Shown here piece after piece: positions 49,562-60,395 of a stretch of 64,000 bases of DNA (the first letter of the stretch is position 1; every line of letters starts with the position of its first letter). The notes under the pieces are model-generated. The model searched no databases. It was not told the origin of the DNA and was given only the letters and a program-made list of their open reading frames with translations. Both the position numbers and the translations under genes were made by a program. Source of the DNA: an uncultured virus (IMG/VR IMGVR_UViG_3300021256_000068) (lineage: Duplodnaviria; Heunggongvirae; Uroviricota; Caudoviricetes); IMG/VR virus record IMGVR_UViG_3300021256_000068, one strand, 5' to 3'.

Positions 49562-51166
49562 ATGTATCAAAAAGGTAAATTAGATAAATTATATGATAGC
49601 CAGGCAGCATTATATGTATTAAGTAGTATAATGAAAGACCCTCTTCTTATTCAGGACGACAGTTATGTATTGGACCCAACAGACTTTTTCAAGCCAATAC
49701 ATAAAATGATTTTTGTGGCAATTTACAATTTAGAGCAACAAGGAATTGAAGTTATTGAACCATCTGGCATTGATTTGTATTTAAGTCACTATGATGCGCA
49801 ATATAGTTTTTATAAGGCGCAAAATGGTTATTCTTTAGTACAAGAATGTTCTCGTATGGCTCTTAGTATGGACCCAAAAGAGTTTTTATACTATTATAAT
49901 CGTCTAAAAAAGTTTTCTTTATTAAGAGATTTAGAGAGTAGTGGAATTGATACTGGAACATTCTACAACACTGAAGTAAGTTCTTTAGATAAGGATGCAG
50001 AAGAGGATAAATTAGATAAAACACCAATACAAGCTATTCCTAATGCTGTTCGTGGCATTTTAGTTGATATAGAGAAAAAGCATATTGGAAAAGATAACGG
50101 AAGTGCTCAAAATGCAAGTAAAGGATTAAGAGATTTAGTTCAAAGATATAGAGAGATGCCTGAAGTTGGTTTACCACTTGAGGGTTCTATTGTTAATTTT
50201 GCATTAAGAGGTTTACGTTTAGGAAAATTATATACTTATTCGGCTCCTACAGGAGCAGGTAAAACTCGTTTTATGCTTAGTGCTGCAGCATCTATTAGTA
50301 TGCCATATATAGATAAAAATGGTCAAGTTGTAATGCGCGGCGAAGCAGGAGACGAATATGAAAAAGTTGTATTCGTAACAACCGAACAAGCTGCGGACGA
50401 AATACAAACTATGCTACTTGCTTATGTAAGCGGCGTTCCAGAGAATAAGGTTTTAATGGGAGATTATACTCCTGAAGAATTGGATAGAGTAAATAAAGCA
50501 TTAAATATTATAGATGCGCATCAAGACAATTTTATGATTGAAGCAGTTCCAGACCCATCAATTGCGGAAATAAAAGTCTTATTAACAAAATATATTATTC
50601 AAAACCAAGTCAGATATATATTCTACGATTACATTTTCTCAAGTCCAGGTCTATTGGGAGAATTTAGAGATGTAGGCGTTCGTGAAGATGTTGCATTAAT
50701 GATGTTATCAAATAGTTTAAAAGAGGTTGCGATGACTCACAATGTTCATATTACATCTGCGACACAATTGAATGAAAACTGGTCTAAAAAAGAAATCGGA
50801 CCACGTGACCAAAACTGTTTAAGAGGTTCAAAGGCTATTGCGGATAAAATTGACGGTGGTTTAATCGGTGTAAGATTGCAACCAGCTGAACGTGAAAAAA
50901 TTCAAGAAATTTGGAATAGAATTAAAGTAGCAAAAGGTTATGATAAAGACCCTAACATTGTAATAGATATTTATAAAAACAGACGTGGAGAATTAAACTG
51001 CGTTAAAATCTTTAGATATTTTGATTATGCAACTTGTCATTGTATTGATTACTTTGTAACTGATGGCGAATATCATACAGTTGAAAATGTAAAAGAAATT
51101 AAATGTGTAGAAAAAATTGTAGATTATAGTACATTAAAATACACAGAAGGGGAGAAGGTAGTATAG
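49562..51166 (+). CDS. dnaB: Replicative DnaB-like helicase
   Basis: APTGAGKT, FYDYI, SATQLN, LRGSKAIADKID, YKNRRG. Confidence 0.88.
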   Translation: MYQKGKLDKLYDSQAALYVLSSIMKDPLLIQDDSYVLDPTDFFKPIHKMIFVAIYNLEQQGIEVIEPSGIDLYLSHYDAQYSFYKAQNGYSLVQECSRMALSMDPKEFLYYYNRLKKFSLLRDLESSGIDTGTFYNTEVSSLDKDAEEDKLDKTPIQAIPNAVRGILVDIEKKHIGKDNGSAQNASKGLRDLVQRYREMPEVGLPLEGSIVNFALRGLRLGKLYTYSAPTGAGKTRFMLSAAASISMPYIDKNGQVVMRGEAGDEYEKVVFVTTEQAADEIQTMLLAYVSGVPENKVLMGDYTPEELDRVNKALNIIDAHQDNFMIEAVPDPSIAEIKVLLTKYIIQNQVRYIFYDYIFSSPGLLGEFRDVGVREDVALMMLSNSLKEVAMTHNVHITSATQLNENWSKKEIGPRDQNCLRGSKAIADKIDGGLIGVRLQPAEREKIQEIWNRIKVAKGYDKDPNIVIDIYKNRRGELNCVKIFRYFDYATCHCIDYFVTDGEYHTVENVKEIKCVEKIVDYSTLKYTEGEKVV

Positions 51167-51167
51167 T

Positions 51168-52250
51168 ATGCCAACATTAGCTGAATTAAGAGAACAATTA
51201 ACTGATGAAACAATTAAGGATATACTTATACAATATAATGTTGAACCAGTTAAAGAAGACGATGTTCAAATAGTATTCCCTACTTGTTGTCATAATTTAG
51301 AGGGCGGAAGTCCAAAATTATATTATTATAAAAATAATCACTTATTCCACTGTTATACTAAATGTAATAATAGTTTTGATATATTTGATTTGTTAATTAA
51401 GATGCATAAATTAAGAGGCGAAGAAATTACCCTTAAGCAAGCAATTAGTTTGTGTAATTTAGATACAAGTTATATGCAAGATGCAGATTTAGCAAGATAT
51501 AACATAAGTGATGATTTACGTTTTTTAAAAATAAGTAATAATCATAGATTGATAGATATAGATGAACTTCAATTTAAAATCTATGATAAAGATATATTAA
51601 GAAAATTCTCTTTTGATTATTTAGGTTTACAGCCTTGGATACAAGAAGGAATTAGCGTAGAAATGTTGCAAAAGTTCAATATTAAATGGGATTCTTTTAG
51701 ACAATGTATTATCATTCCTAATTTTGATATTAATGGCAATTTAATTGGACTAAGAGGAAGATTTTTCCGCACAGAAGATATTGCAAAAGGTAAATACAGA
51801 CCAATATATGACAATGGTACATTGTATAGTTACCCAACAGGAAAGAGCTTTTATGGTATTTATGAAAACCATAAAGCAATAGAAAGAAAGAAAATGTGTA
51901 TCATATTCGAAGGAGAAAAGAGCGTACTTTTATTCGGGTCTATTTATGGTGCAGATAATAATATTGCATTAGCAACATTAGGACAAAATATAACAAGAGA
52001 GCAAATTCAATATCTAAGACAAATGAGAGTAAGAGATGTAATCTTAGCATATGATACTGATTATGAAGATATAGAACAACTAAAAGAAGTAAAGCAAAAA
52101 TATATTGAAAAAGCAAAGATTTTTGCACCTTACTTTAATGTTAGTGTCTTAATTGACTATCATTTCTTATTACCATATAAAAGCAGTCCTATTGACGGTG
52201 GTAGAGAAATTTTTGAAAAAATATTAAGTGAACAATTAAAAGTAAGTTAG
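51168..52250 (+). CDS. dnaG: DNA primase (Zn finger plus TOPRIM)
   Basis: TCCHN...FHCYTKC, IIIP, IFEGEKS, AYDTD. Confidence 0.85.
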   Translation: MPTLAELREQLTDETIKDILIQYNVEPVKEDDVQIVFPTCCHNLEGGSPKLYYYKNNHLFHCYTKCNNSFDIFDLLIKMHKLRGEEITLKQAISLCNLDTSYMQDADLARYNISDDLRFLKISNNHRLIDIDELQFKIYDKDILRKFSFDYLGLQPWIQEGISVEMLQKFNIKWDSFRQCIIIPNFDINGNLIGLRGRFFRTEDIAKGKYRPIYDNGTLYSYPTGKSFYGIYENHKAIERKKMCIIFEGEKSVLLFGSIYGADNNIALATLGQNITREQIQYLRQMRVRDVILAYDTDYEDIEQLKEVKQKYIEKAKIFAPYFNVSVLIDYHFLLPYKSSPIDGGREIFEKILSEQLKVS

Positions 52251-52258
52251 AGGTAAAA

Positions 52259-54061
52259 ATGAAACCAATTAAGTTAAAACAAAACAGTTTAGAAAAAATA
52301 ACTATGAAAGACTATTTACAATTATGCGGCATCAATGAAGCTGATTGTGATAGTTTTATAGTAGCTCCAAAAGATTCTGACGAACTTAATCCAATTTTAT
52401 TAAAAAATATGCATCTTGCGGCGAAGACAGTGTATGAAAAATTAAATGATGATAATACAGTTGTCTTTGTTCAAGTTGATAGCGATATGGATGGTTGGAC
52501 ATCCGCTTGCGAATTTATCCAATATGTTCATATCCGTTTTCCTAAGATTAAGTTAATTTGGAGATTACATACAGGTAAACAGCATGGCGTTATTTTGGAC
52601 ACCGTTCCATCAGAAGCCAATTTAATCATTATTCCTGATGCAGGTTCAAATCAAGTTGAAGAATTAACCGCATTAGTTAATATGGGAAAGACTGTTGTAG
52701 TACTTGACCACCACCAAGTAGAAGATGAGATTGCGAGTGAAGCAAGCGGCGCAATTATCGTTAATAATCAAATGAGTCCAGACTTCCCTAATAAATCTTT
52801 AAGTGGTGCAGGTGTAGTTTATAAGTTCTTACAATATTTTGATACTTATTACTACAAATCTGATTTATATAAACAATTTGCAGATATTGCTACTTTTGGT
52901 ATATTAGCAGATGCAATGGATATGAGAACTTTAGATAATAACTTTATTGCATATGAAGGATTAAATCATATTCATAATAAACTAATCCGAGCAGTTATAA
53001 ATCGTCAAGCGGGAGATGGATTGTATGCGCGAATTGTAGATAAAGAGTCACCTACTAAAACTGAAGCAGTATTCTATGTTGCTCCTGTGTTTAATGGTTT
53101 AATTAGATATGGAGAACAAGAGGAAAAAGAAAAAGTATTTGATGCTTTTACTACTCCTGATAGTAGTGAAATAATTGAAACTATTTATAGAGGAACTAAA
53201 CGTAGTGAAAGCTTATATGATTATTGCGCGAGAATTGCAGTCAATGCAAAAAGTAGACAAGACAATGCGAAGAAAAAGAGTATGGCATTACTTGCTGAAA
53301 AAATTAATGAAGAAAATCACGACAAAGATAATTTAATTATAGTTACTCTATCTGGCAAAGAAACTGAAAAAGTTAGTCCAAATATTACAGGTCTTGTAGC
53401 TATGGATTTAGTTAAAGAATACAATCGTCCTGCTTTGGTTTTACGTGAAACTGAAGTTGATGGTAAAAAGCTATTTAGTGGTAGTGGTAGAAATGGTTGT
53501 TTTAGCGGTCTTGAAAGTTTATTAGATTTCTTACACGAAAGTAATTTAGTTGATTTCGCACAAGGTCATGATGGTGCTTTTGGTGTAATGGTTGAACCTG
53601 ATAAAGTTGAACAACTACGTGAGTATGCGGAAACTCATATTGATAAAAAAATGTTTGATGACCAAAACATTTTTGTTGATTATTATTTCTATGGATTAGA
53701 TAGTATAGATGTAAATGGACTTGCAGAGTTCGCTGAAGGACAAAAAATTTACTGCGGCACAATTCCTTCTCCAACTTTTGCATTTGAATTCGATATTGAT
53801 ACAAATGATTGTAGTTTAATGGGAAAAGAATCAAGTTCAATAAAATTTGCTAATAAATTCAATGATTTTATCGTATTTAAGCGTCCAGATATCGCCGCCT
53901 TAATTATGGACAATAGAGGAAGTAAAATTCACGTTACATTAGTAGGAAAACCTTCAATGTCACCATATGGTAGATTACAAATCACCGCTAGTGATTGTGA
54001 AGTTAGTAAAATAATAGCACAAACAACACCTGTAAAAAGGTCAGCATTAGATTTAATATAA
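52259..54061 (+). CDS. recJ: RecJ-like DHH ssDNA exonuclease
   Basis: DSDMDG, PDAG, LDHH, LSGAGVVYK, SGSGR, QGHDGAFG. Confidence 0.9.
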   Translation: MKPIKLKQNSLEKITMKDYLQLCGINEADCDSFIVAPKDSDELNPILLKNMHLAAKTVYEKLNDDNTVVFVQVDSDMDGWTSACEFIQYVHIRFPKIKLIWRLHTGKQHGVILDTVPSEANLIIIPDAGSNQVEELTALVNMGKTVVVLDHHQVEDEIASEASGAIIVNNQMSPDFPNKSLSGAGVVYKFLQYFDTYYYKSDLYKQFADIATFGILADAMDMRTLDNNFIAYEGLNHIHNKLIRAVINRQAGDGLYARIVDKESPTKTEAVFYVAPVFNGLIRYGEQEEKEKVFDAFTTPDSSEIIETIYRGTKRSESLYDYCARIAVNAKSRQDNAKKKSMALLAEKINEENHDKDNLIIVTLSGKETEKVSPNITGLVAMDLVKEYNRPALVLRETEVDGKKLFSGSGRNGCFSGLESLLDFLHESNLVDFAQGHDGAFGVMVEPDKVEQLREYAETHIDKKMFDDQNIFVDYYFYGLDSIDVNGLAEFAEGQKIYCGTIPSPTFAFEFDIDTNDCSLMGKESSSIKFANKFNDFIVFKRPDIAALIMDNRGSKIHVTLVGKPSMSPYGRLQITASDCEVSKIIAQTTPVKRSALDLI

Positions 54062-54073
54062 AAGGAGTTTACA

Positions 54074-54289
54074 ATGGAAGATTTAATGGAAACACAAAGC
54101 CGTCTTTGGGAACAAATAGAAAAAGAATATGGTATTAAATTCAAATTAGCAGATGGTAGTTTTAGACCTGTTAATGAATGGCTAGATGATATTTATCTAC
54201 AAAATCCTAGTCGTTTTGAAGAAATGATGGAAGATATATTTATTTATGGTGATGTTTTATTCGCCGATTTAATTGAACATAAGGAGTAA
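54074..54289 (+). CDS. Hypothetical protein
   Basis: AAGGAG SD; DGSFRPVNEWL. Confidence 0.7.
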   Translation: MEDLMETQSRLWEQIEKEYGIKFKLADGSFRPVNEWLDDIYLQNPSRFEEMMEDIFIYGDVLFADLIEHKE

Positions 54290-54292
54290 AAA

Positions 54293-54541
54293 ATGGATAA
54301 AACAATTAAAAATATTATTATTGATTATATAATGACAGCAATAATCTTTATCATATTAGAAACTATTCTAGTTGTAATCTCATATTACAATCCTAATTCT
54401 TGGTTAGCATCACATATAATTTATCGATATTGGTGGGCTTATGATTTAGGAGTCGTATTGGGATTATGTATTGTAGCATCAATTAAAATTGCTATTTATA
54501 TGTATAAGGTTAATCATAAAAAAGATAACGAAGAAAAGTAA
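54293..54541 (+). CDS. Small membrane protein
   Basis: Two hydrophobic helices; AAGGAG SD. Confidence 0.7.
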   Translation: MDKTIKNIIIDYIMTAIIFIILETILVVISYYNPNSWLASHIIYRYWWAYDLGVVLGLCIVASIKIAIYMYKVNHKKDNEEK

Positions 54542-54547
54542 TTTTCA

Positions 54548-54576
54548 TTGACAAACAGTAAAAAATATTCTATAAT
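54548..54576 (+). promoter_or_regulatory. Sigma-A-type promoter
   Basis: TTGACA-17 nt-TATAAT. Confidence 0.85.
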
Positions 54577-54603
54577 AATAATATAGAAAGGAAAAGTGAT
54601 ATT

Positions 54604-57600
54604 ATGAAAAGAGATTATATTTCTATTCATAACCACACTGAGTTCTCTAACATTAAAGTTATTGATAGTATCAATAGAGCTCCTGAGCTAATAGATTATG
54701 CTTGGGAGCTTAATTTAGGAGGATTAGCAATCACAGAACATGATTGTCTAAGTGGTGTAATTAAATTAATAGAAGCATATAGAAAAAAACTTGATAAGGA
54801 ATGGGAAGCCGCTTACCCTGATAAAGAAAATGTTCACGATTACGAACAAATGTCTAAAGATTTAGATTTTAAAGTAATTATTGGTAATGAGATTTATCTT
54901 AGTGAAGAAGGATTATGCGAAGGTGGCTATGGTCATTTTTGGCATTTAATTTTATTAGCAAAAGATGAAGAAGGTTGGAAACAATTAAAGCAATTAAGTT
55001 CTGCCGCATGGAAACGTGCTTGGTTTAGAGGAATTTTAAGAACTCCAACATATCCAAGTGATTTATTTGAGTTTGTTAAAGGTGGACATTTAATTTGTTC
55101 TACTGCTTGTTTAGGTAGTTATCCAGCTTGGTGTTGGAAACAAATAAGTAATATTAGTGACGATGCAGATGAGTGGGATTTAGATTATGACTATAATGAA
55201 GATGGAACTAAGACTTTAAAAGATAAACAGTATTATTTAGATAAGTTAGATAATCATCTTGCCGCAATGGAAGAGTTATTTGGTGTAGGAAACTTTTTTA
55301 TTGAACTTCAACCAAATGAACTCGGTAGCGAACAAAATGAATATAATGAGTTTATGATTAATAGATATAAGGGACAATATCCTTTTGTATTTAGTACTGA
55401 CTCTCATTATATGAAAGAAGATTTAAGACAAATCCATACCGATTTCTTAGCATCAAAGAGTTCAGAAGATAGAGAAATAACATCTTTCTATAAGTATGCT
55501 TATATGATGAGCCAAGAAGAAGTTCATAGCCGTATGATTGATTATATGACAGAAGAATTCTTTGAAGATATGGTTAAAAACACAAAATATATTGGCGAAC
55601 AATGTCATTATTATCCTCTTGAACAACCAAAAGTTATTGCAAAAGTAGAATATGAGCATTATGATGAATACGAGTCTGATTTGGAAGTATTCAATGATGT
55701 AACTGCGGACGAATATCCATATTTTTATGAATATTTGCACACAGATAATAGAGCAGACCATTATTTTATGGAATTAATAGCCCATGGTTTTATTAATAAG
55801 TATCAAGAAAGTTGGGATACTGAAGTTTATTATAAGCGACTTGAAGAAGAACTATGGACAATTAGAGAAGTAGGTAACGGTATCAATCAATCAATGAGTG
55901 ATTACTTTACTTGTATGAGTAAAATGGTTAACTTGATGTGGGAAGCCGGTTCTTTAGTTGGTCCAAGCCGTGGTTCAGCAGGAGCATTATTAATAAATTA
56001 TTTATTAGATATAACACAAATAGACCCAATCTTTTTAGATTTACCTTATGTATGGCGTTTTATGCACCCATCTAGACCTGACTATCCAGATATTGACGTT
56101 GACTCTGAGTCAGATAAGCGTCAAGCAGTATTTAATAAAATAAGAGATTATTTTAGAAGTATTGGTGGAGATGTTATTAACGTTTGTACATTTGGTACTG
56201 AAGGAACTAAGTCCGCATTAAAAACTGCGGCAAGAGGTCTTAATATTAACTTAGATGAAGTTGCTTATGTAAGTTCAATGGTTCCAAATGAAAGAGGTTT
56301 TGATTGGAGCTTACATGATTGTTATTATGGTAATGGCGACGATCGTATGCCTATTAGTGCGTTCAAAAAAGAAATGGATGCAAATCCGCAATGGTGGAAA
56401 TTAGCACAAAGTATTGAAGGATTAGTAACTAGACTTGGTGTTCACGCATCAGGAGTTGTCTGTGTTAATGGAGATTTCATTGAACACGGAAGTTATATGA
56501 AGACAAATAGTGAGCAATTAGTAACTGCATTTGACTTACATGACCAAGAAAAATGTGCATTAATTAAATATGATATGTTAACTGTTTCCGCACTTGACCG
56601 TATTCATCAATGTATGAATTATATGTTGGAAACAGGAGATATGGAATGGAAAGGTTCATTAAAAGAAACTTATGATTATTATATCAATCCTAATAAGTTA
56701 GATTACGAGACACCTGAAATGTGGGATATGGCAGCTCAAGGTAAAATTAGAGCGTTATTCCAGTTCGATACAATCGTAGGTGGTCAAAGTATTAAGTATA
56801 TTGAGCCTAAAAACTTACAACAATTAGCTATCGCAAACTCAATAATGAGACTAATGGCACCAGAGGGTGAAGACCAGCCAATAGATATTTATGTAAAATA
56901 CAAAAGAGTTCCGCAATTATGGTATAATGATATGAAAAATGCGGGATTAAATGATGATGAGATAAAAGTGCTTGAAAAGTATTTAAAAGTTAAAAATGGT
57001 GTTGCTGACTCACAAGAAGTAGTTATGCAATTATCAATGGACCCACAAATTAGTGGATTCTCAATGAAAGACGCCAATAGATTAAGAAAGATTATTGCAA
57101 AGAAAAACTTCAAAGATATTGAAAGTATGCATGAGTTCTATCTTGAAAGCGGCGCAAAACTTGGTACAAGTAAAGCAATGTTAAATTATGTTTGGGATAA
57201 ACAATTTAAGTTATCATTTGGTTATTCATTCTCTACAATTCACACTACTGGTTATAGCGTTATTGCCGTTCAAGAAATGAATTTAGCTTATCATTATCCA
57301 TCAATTTATTGGAACTGTGCTTGTTTAAGTGTAGATAGTAGTGCAATTAGTGCGCAAGACTTCTATAATTTAATTGATGATGGTGTAATTGAAGTTGATG
57401 AAGATGAAAAGAAAAAAGTAGCAAGTAAGATGGATTATTCAAAGATTGCGGCAGCACTTAGTGACTTCCGTAATAGTACATCAATTTTATTGCCAGATGT
57501 AAATAAGTCAAGATTAAGTTTTACACCAGATGCAGAAGATAACACAATTTTATATGGTTTAAAAGGTATCACAAAAGTAACTGACCCAGCAATAGAAGAA

Positions 57601-58644
57601 ATAATGATGAATAGACCATTCGCATCATTAAATGACTTTTTAGATAGAACAACTAAAAAGACAGTGTCATCTGATAAAGTATTAAACTTAATTAAAGCAG
57701 GTGCATTTAATGAAATTGAGGGTAAGTCAACAAGAGAAATATTAACTAAATATATTGATATGACAAGTGATAAAAAGAATAGGTTAACTCTTCAAAATGC
57801 AAATGCGTTAATAGATAGAAACTTGTTTCCTGATGAATTATATAAAGAGTGTGAAGTATATAAATTAACAAAAGAATTAAGAAAACATAGAACTGCGGAT
57901 AAACTTTGGTATAGAGTAGATTTTAGTTTCCCAGGAGAAAAAGAAGATATTTGGAGAGAAGTATTTAAAGCTTCTAATCCAAAGATTGAATATATTGATG
58001 ATGCTCCAGTTATCAACTCTGATGCTTGGGATAATTATTATGACCGCAATATGGATAAGTTAAGAGTTTATATTAAGAATAATAGTGCGGAATTATTAGA
58101 GAAATTAAATAACTCATTATTCCAAGAAAGATGGGATAAATATTGTCAAGGAGATGAACTTGATTGGCAACTTGAAAGTTTAAACTTCTTCTTTGATGGT
58201 CACCCATTAAGTATTGCCGCGCGTGAACTTGGTATAGAGTTAACTCCTTTAAAATATTTAGAGGAAGATGCACAAGACGGATTTTTTGTTATAAAAGGTA
58301 AAGAAATACCTAAGATGAAATTATATAGTATTGCGGGAACAGTTATTGATAGTAATACAACAAAAGGTACTGTAACTATTCAAACTCCAGATGGCGTTAT
58401 AACATTAAAGATTTTTAAGAGTTTATATGCAATCTTTGATAAAGTAGTATATAGCGCAGATGGAATGGAAATAGTTCAAGATAGTTTCTTCGCAAAAGGA
58501 ACAAATCTATTAGTCACTGGTATTAAAAGAGGTTCAACTTTTGTTCCTAAGGTATACAAATCAACAGGTAGAAAAGCAATATTAAAAATAAACTTAACTG
58601 AAGATAGACATTTTAAAAACTTTGAAGAAAAAATGGAGGCTTAA
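54604..58644 (+). CDS. dnaE: DNA polymerase III alpha subunit (family C)
   Basis: PHP HNHTEFS and TDSHY, GPSRGSAG, PDIDVD, GVHASGV, KYDML, YSFSTIH. Confidence 0.95.
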   Translation: MKRDYISIHNHTEFSNIKVIDSINRAPELIDYAWELNLGGLAITEHDCLSGVIKLIEAYRKKLDKEWEAAYPDKENVHDYEQMSKDLDFKVIIGNEIYLSEEGLCEGGYGHFWHLILLAKDEEGWKQLKQLSSAAWKRAWFRGILRTPTYPSDLFEFVKGGHLICSTACLGSYPAWCWKQISNISDDADEWDLDYDYNEDGTKTLKDKQYYLDKLDNHLAAMEELFGVGNFFIELQPNELGSEQNEYNEFMINRYKGQYPFVFSTDSHYMKEDLRQIHTDFLASKSSEDREITSFYKYAYMMSQEEVHSRMIDYMTEEFFEDMVKNTKYIGEQCHYYPLEQPKVIAKVEYEHYDEYESDLEVFNDVTADEYPYFYEYLHTDNRADHYFMELIAHGFINKYQESWDTEVYYKRLEEELWTIREVGNGINQSMSDYFTCMSKMVNLMWEAGSLVGPSRGSAGALLINYLLDITQIDPIFLDLPYVWRFMHPSRPDYPDIDVDSESDKRQAVFNKIRDYFRSIGGDVINVCTFGTEGTKSALKTAARGLNINLDEVAYVSSMVPNERGFDWSLHDCYYGNGDDRMPISAFKKEMDANPQWWKLAQSIEGLVTRLGVHASGVVCVNGDFIEHGSYMKTNSEQLVTAFDLHDQEKCALIKYDMLTVSALDRIHQCMNYMLETGDMEWKGSLKETYDYYINPNKLDYETPEMWDMAAQGKIRALFQFDTIVGGQSIKYIEPKNLQQLAIANSIMRLMAPEGEDQPIDIYVKYKRVPQLWYNDMKNAGLNDDEIKVLEKYLKVKNGVADSQEVVMQLSMDPQISGFSMKDANRLRKIIAKKNFKDIESMHEFYLESGAKLGTSKAMLNYVWDKQFKLSFGYSFSTIHTTGYSVIAVQEMNLAYHYPSIYWNCACLSVDSSAISAQDFYNLIDDGVIEVDEDEKKKVASKMDYSKIAAALSDFRNSTSILLPDVNKSRLSFTPDAEDNTILYGLKGITKVTDPAIEEIMMNRPFASLNDFLDRTTKKTVSSDKVLNLIKAGAFNEIEGKSTREILTKYIDMTSDKKNRLTLQNANALIDRNLFPDELYKECEVYKLTKELRKHRTADKLWYRVDFSFPGEKEDIWREVFKASNPKIEYIDDAPVINSDAWDNYYDRNMDKLRVYIKNNSAELLEKLNNSLFQERWDKYCQGDELDWQLESLNFFFDGHPLSIAARELGIELTPLKYLEEDAQDGFFVIKGKEIPKMKLYSIAGTVIDSNTTKGTVTIQTPDGVITLKIFKSLYAIFDKVVYSADGMEIVQDSFFAKGTNLLVTGIKRGSTFVPKVYKSTGRKAILKINLTEDRHFKNFEEKMEA

Positions 58645-58646
58645 TT

Positions 58647-59762
58647 ATGAATATAATGATATGAGATATAGAATGATATTATGCCGAAGATAAAACTAAT
58701 TTAATAAATGTTGATGCTATGAAAATAAGTAGTTATCATAAACAACGCGGCGATAATACTTATCTTGTAAAATCAAAATATGATATTAAGCGTGAGTGGG
58801 ATATGATGTATATAATTAAAGATACGACAGAGAGTCCCACTCCTCCATTAAGTTTAACATTAAACAATCCAAAAATAATAAAAATTGGTCGTGGCTGGAA
58901 TAATTCATCTTCATTAAGCAATATTGTCGCCGCTTGTCGTCCCGACTATTTACTATATCCAAATATGCAAAAACAAGATAATACTGCTCTTGAAAGGTCT
59001 GAGTATTGGCGTTTTCTTGATGATGAAGGAAATTTGTTGCCGCTTATTCAAGATGCTTCAAGAAAAGAAAAAAGAAACTTTGCGGTCGTTGCAGATAAAG
59101 GTTTGTGAGAAAAAGATGAAAAAATTATTTTACAAGTTCTTAAAAAAGTACAAAGATTAGGAAAATTTGTTTCATTTTTAGAACCAATTTCAATCAAAAA
59201 GTTATTATCTAATAAAATACTAACACAAGAGTTTTTAAAATTAAAATTTAAGCAAAATAATAATATTAGATGGGCAGATTTTAATCCCGATACGGCAGAT
59301 AATTTTATATACTATTTTTACAATGATTTCAAAAGAGAACATAAAAATGTAGTATTTGCACCTATTGAAATCAATGCAAAAGATATAAATGAAGATAATA
59401 TATTAAAATATACTCACGTTTTAGCTAGAAGTATGTTAAATGGATTGAAAGTTATTATAGTTTGTGATAAAAATAAAAAGTATCCTCAAATTGTGAAGAT
59501 ACTAAGCGATTATAGTAAATGCGGCAAAAATTTATCTTGATTAGAATATATTACGTATCGTTATCATAAGAATATTAAGGACAATTCGTCCGCTATTAAG
59601 TTGTGGCTTAGTCCTAGTAGATGGGATAGTAATTTTAGAGAATTATTAAGATTAACTTATAAAGATTTTGCTTTTTTATGTGTTAGACCAAATAAAACAA
59701 TTTTAAATGGTAATGATATACCTTTAAACGTTATAGCAAAAACTTTTAAATATAATATATAG
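58647..59762 (+). CDS. Hypothetical protein, N-terminus like phage radical-SAM-associated proteins (371 aa, 4 TGA)
   Basis: GGAGG SD; AMKISSYHKQRGD; no CxxxCxxC seen. Confidence 0.7.
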
Positions 59763-59771
59763 GAGTTAAAG

Positions 59772-60365
59772 ATGAGATATAAAAAGAGTAATTATATTTG
59801 TGTATTAGATACTGAAACAACAAATGTATATTGAAATACTTGCGCACCAATCCAAATCGCCGCAGAGATATGTGATGCAGAAGGAAATATAGTAGATACT
59901 TTCAATGAGAGAATTAAAACAACTCATAAAATCGATCCAGGCGCAAGCGAAGTTCATGGAATTTATGCTGAAGATTTAGTTAATTGCCGAAAAGAAAGTG
60001 AAGTTATTTATGATTTTTGTGCATGAATGCAGAATTGAAATTGTGATATGATTTTAAGTTATAATGGCGAAACTTTTGATAGACCAATGCTTAACTTAAG
60101 ATGTCAATTATTTAAGATTGATACTCCTTATTTTGATAAAGACAAATATGGTGTTGATGTTTATGCAAGAGATGTAAAAGATGCAAAAAAGCAAGACCTA
60201 TTTGGTTTAAAATCATTAGGAAGAAAATGGAAATTAACTTTAGTTGCTGAAAAACTTGGTATTAGTACAGAACATGCTCACGATGCACTTGCGGACGTAG
60301 ATATGACTAGACAAGTATTTTATAAACTTGACCCATTAATTTACCCTGAAGATTGGGAAGAATAA
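59772..60365 (+). CDS. DnaQ-like 3'-5' exonuclease (3 TGA)
   Basis: LDTETT, SEVHGI, YNGETFD, AHDALADV. Confidence 0.9.
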
Positions 60366-60395
60366 AAAGACTAGGTTAAACCTAGTCTTTATTTT
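60364..60395. terminator. Bidirectional terminator between convergent genes
   Basis: AAAGACTAGG/CCTAGTCTTT. Confidence 0.75.

Noticed and set aside
1030..58273. Short minus-strand ORFs in the track (e.g. 1030-1215, 3194-3454, 6237-6626, 53502-53840)
   Set aside because: They are antisense to well-supported genes or RNAs, with no recognisable motifs
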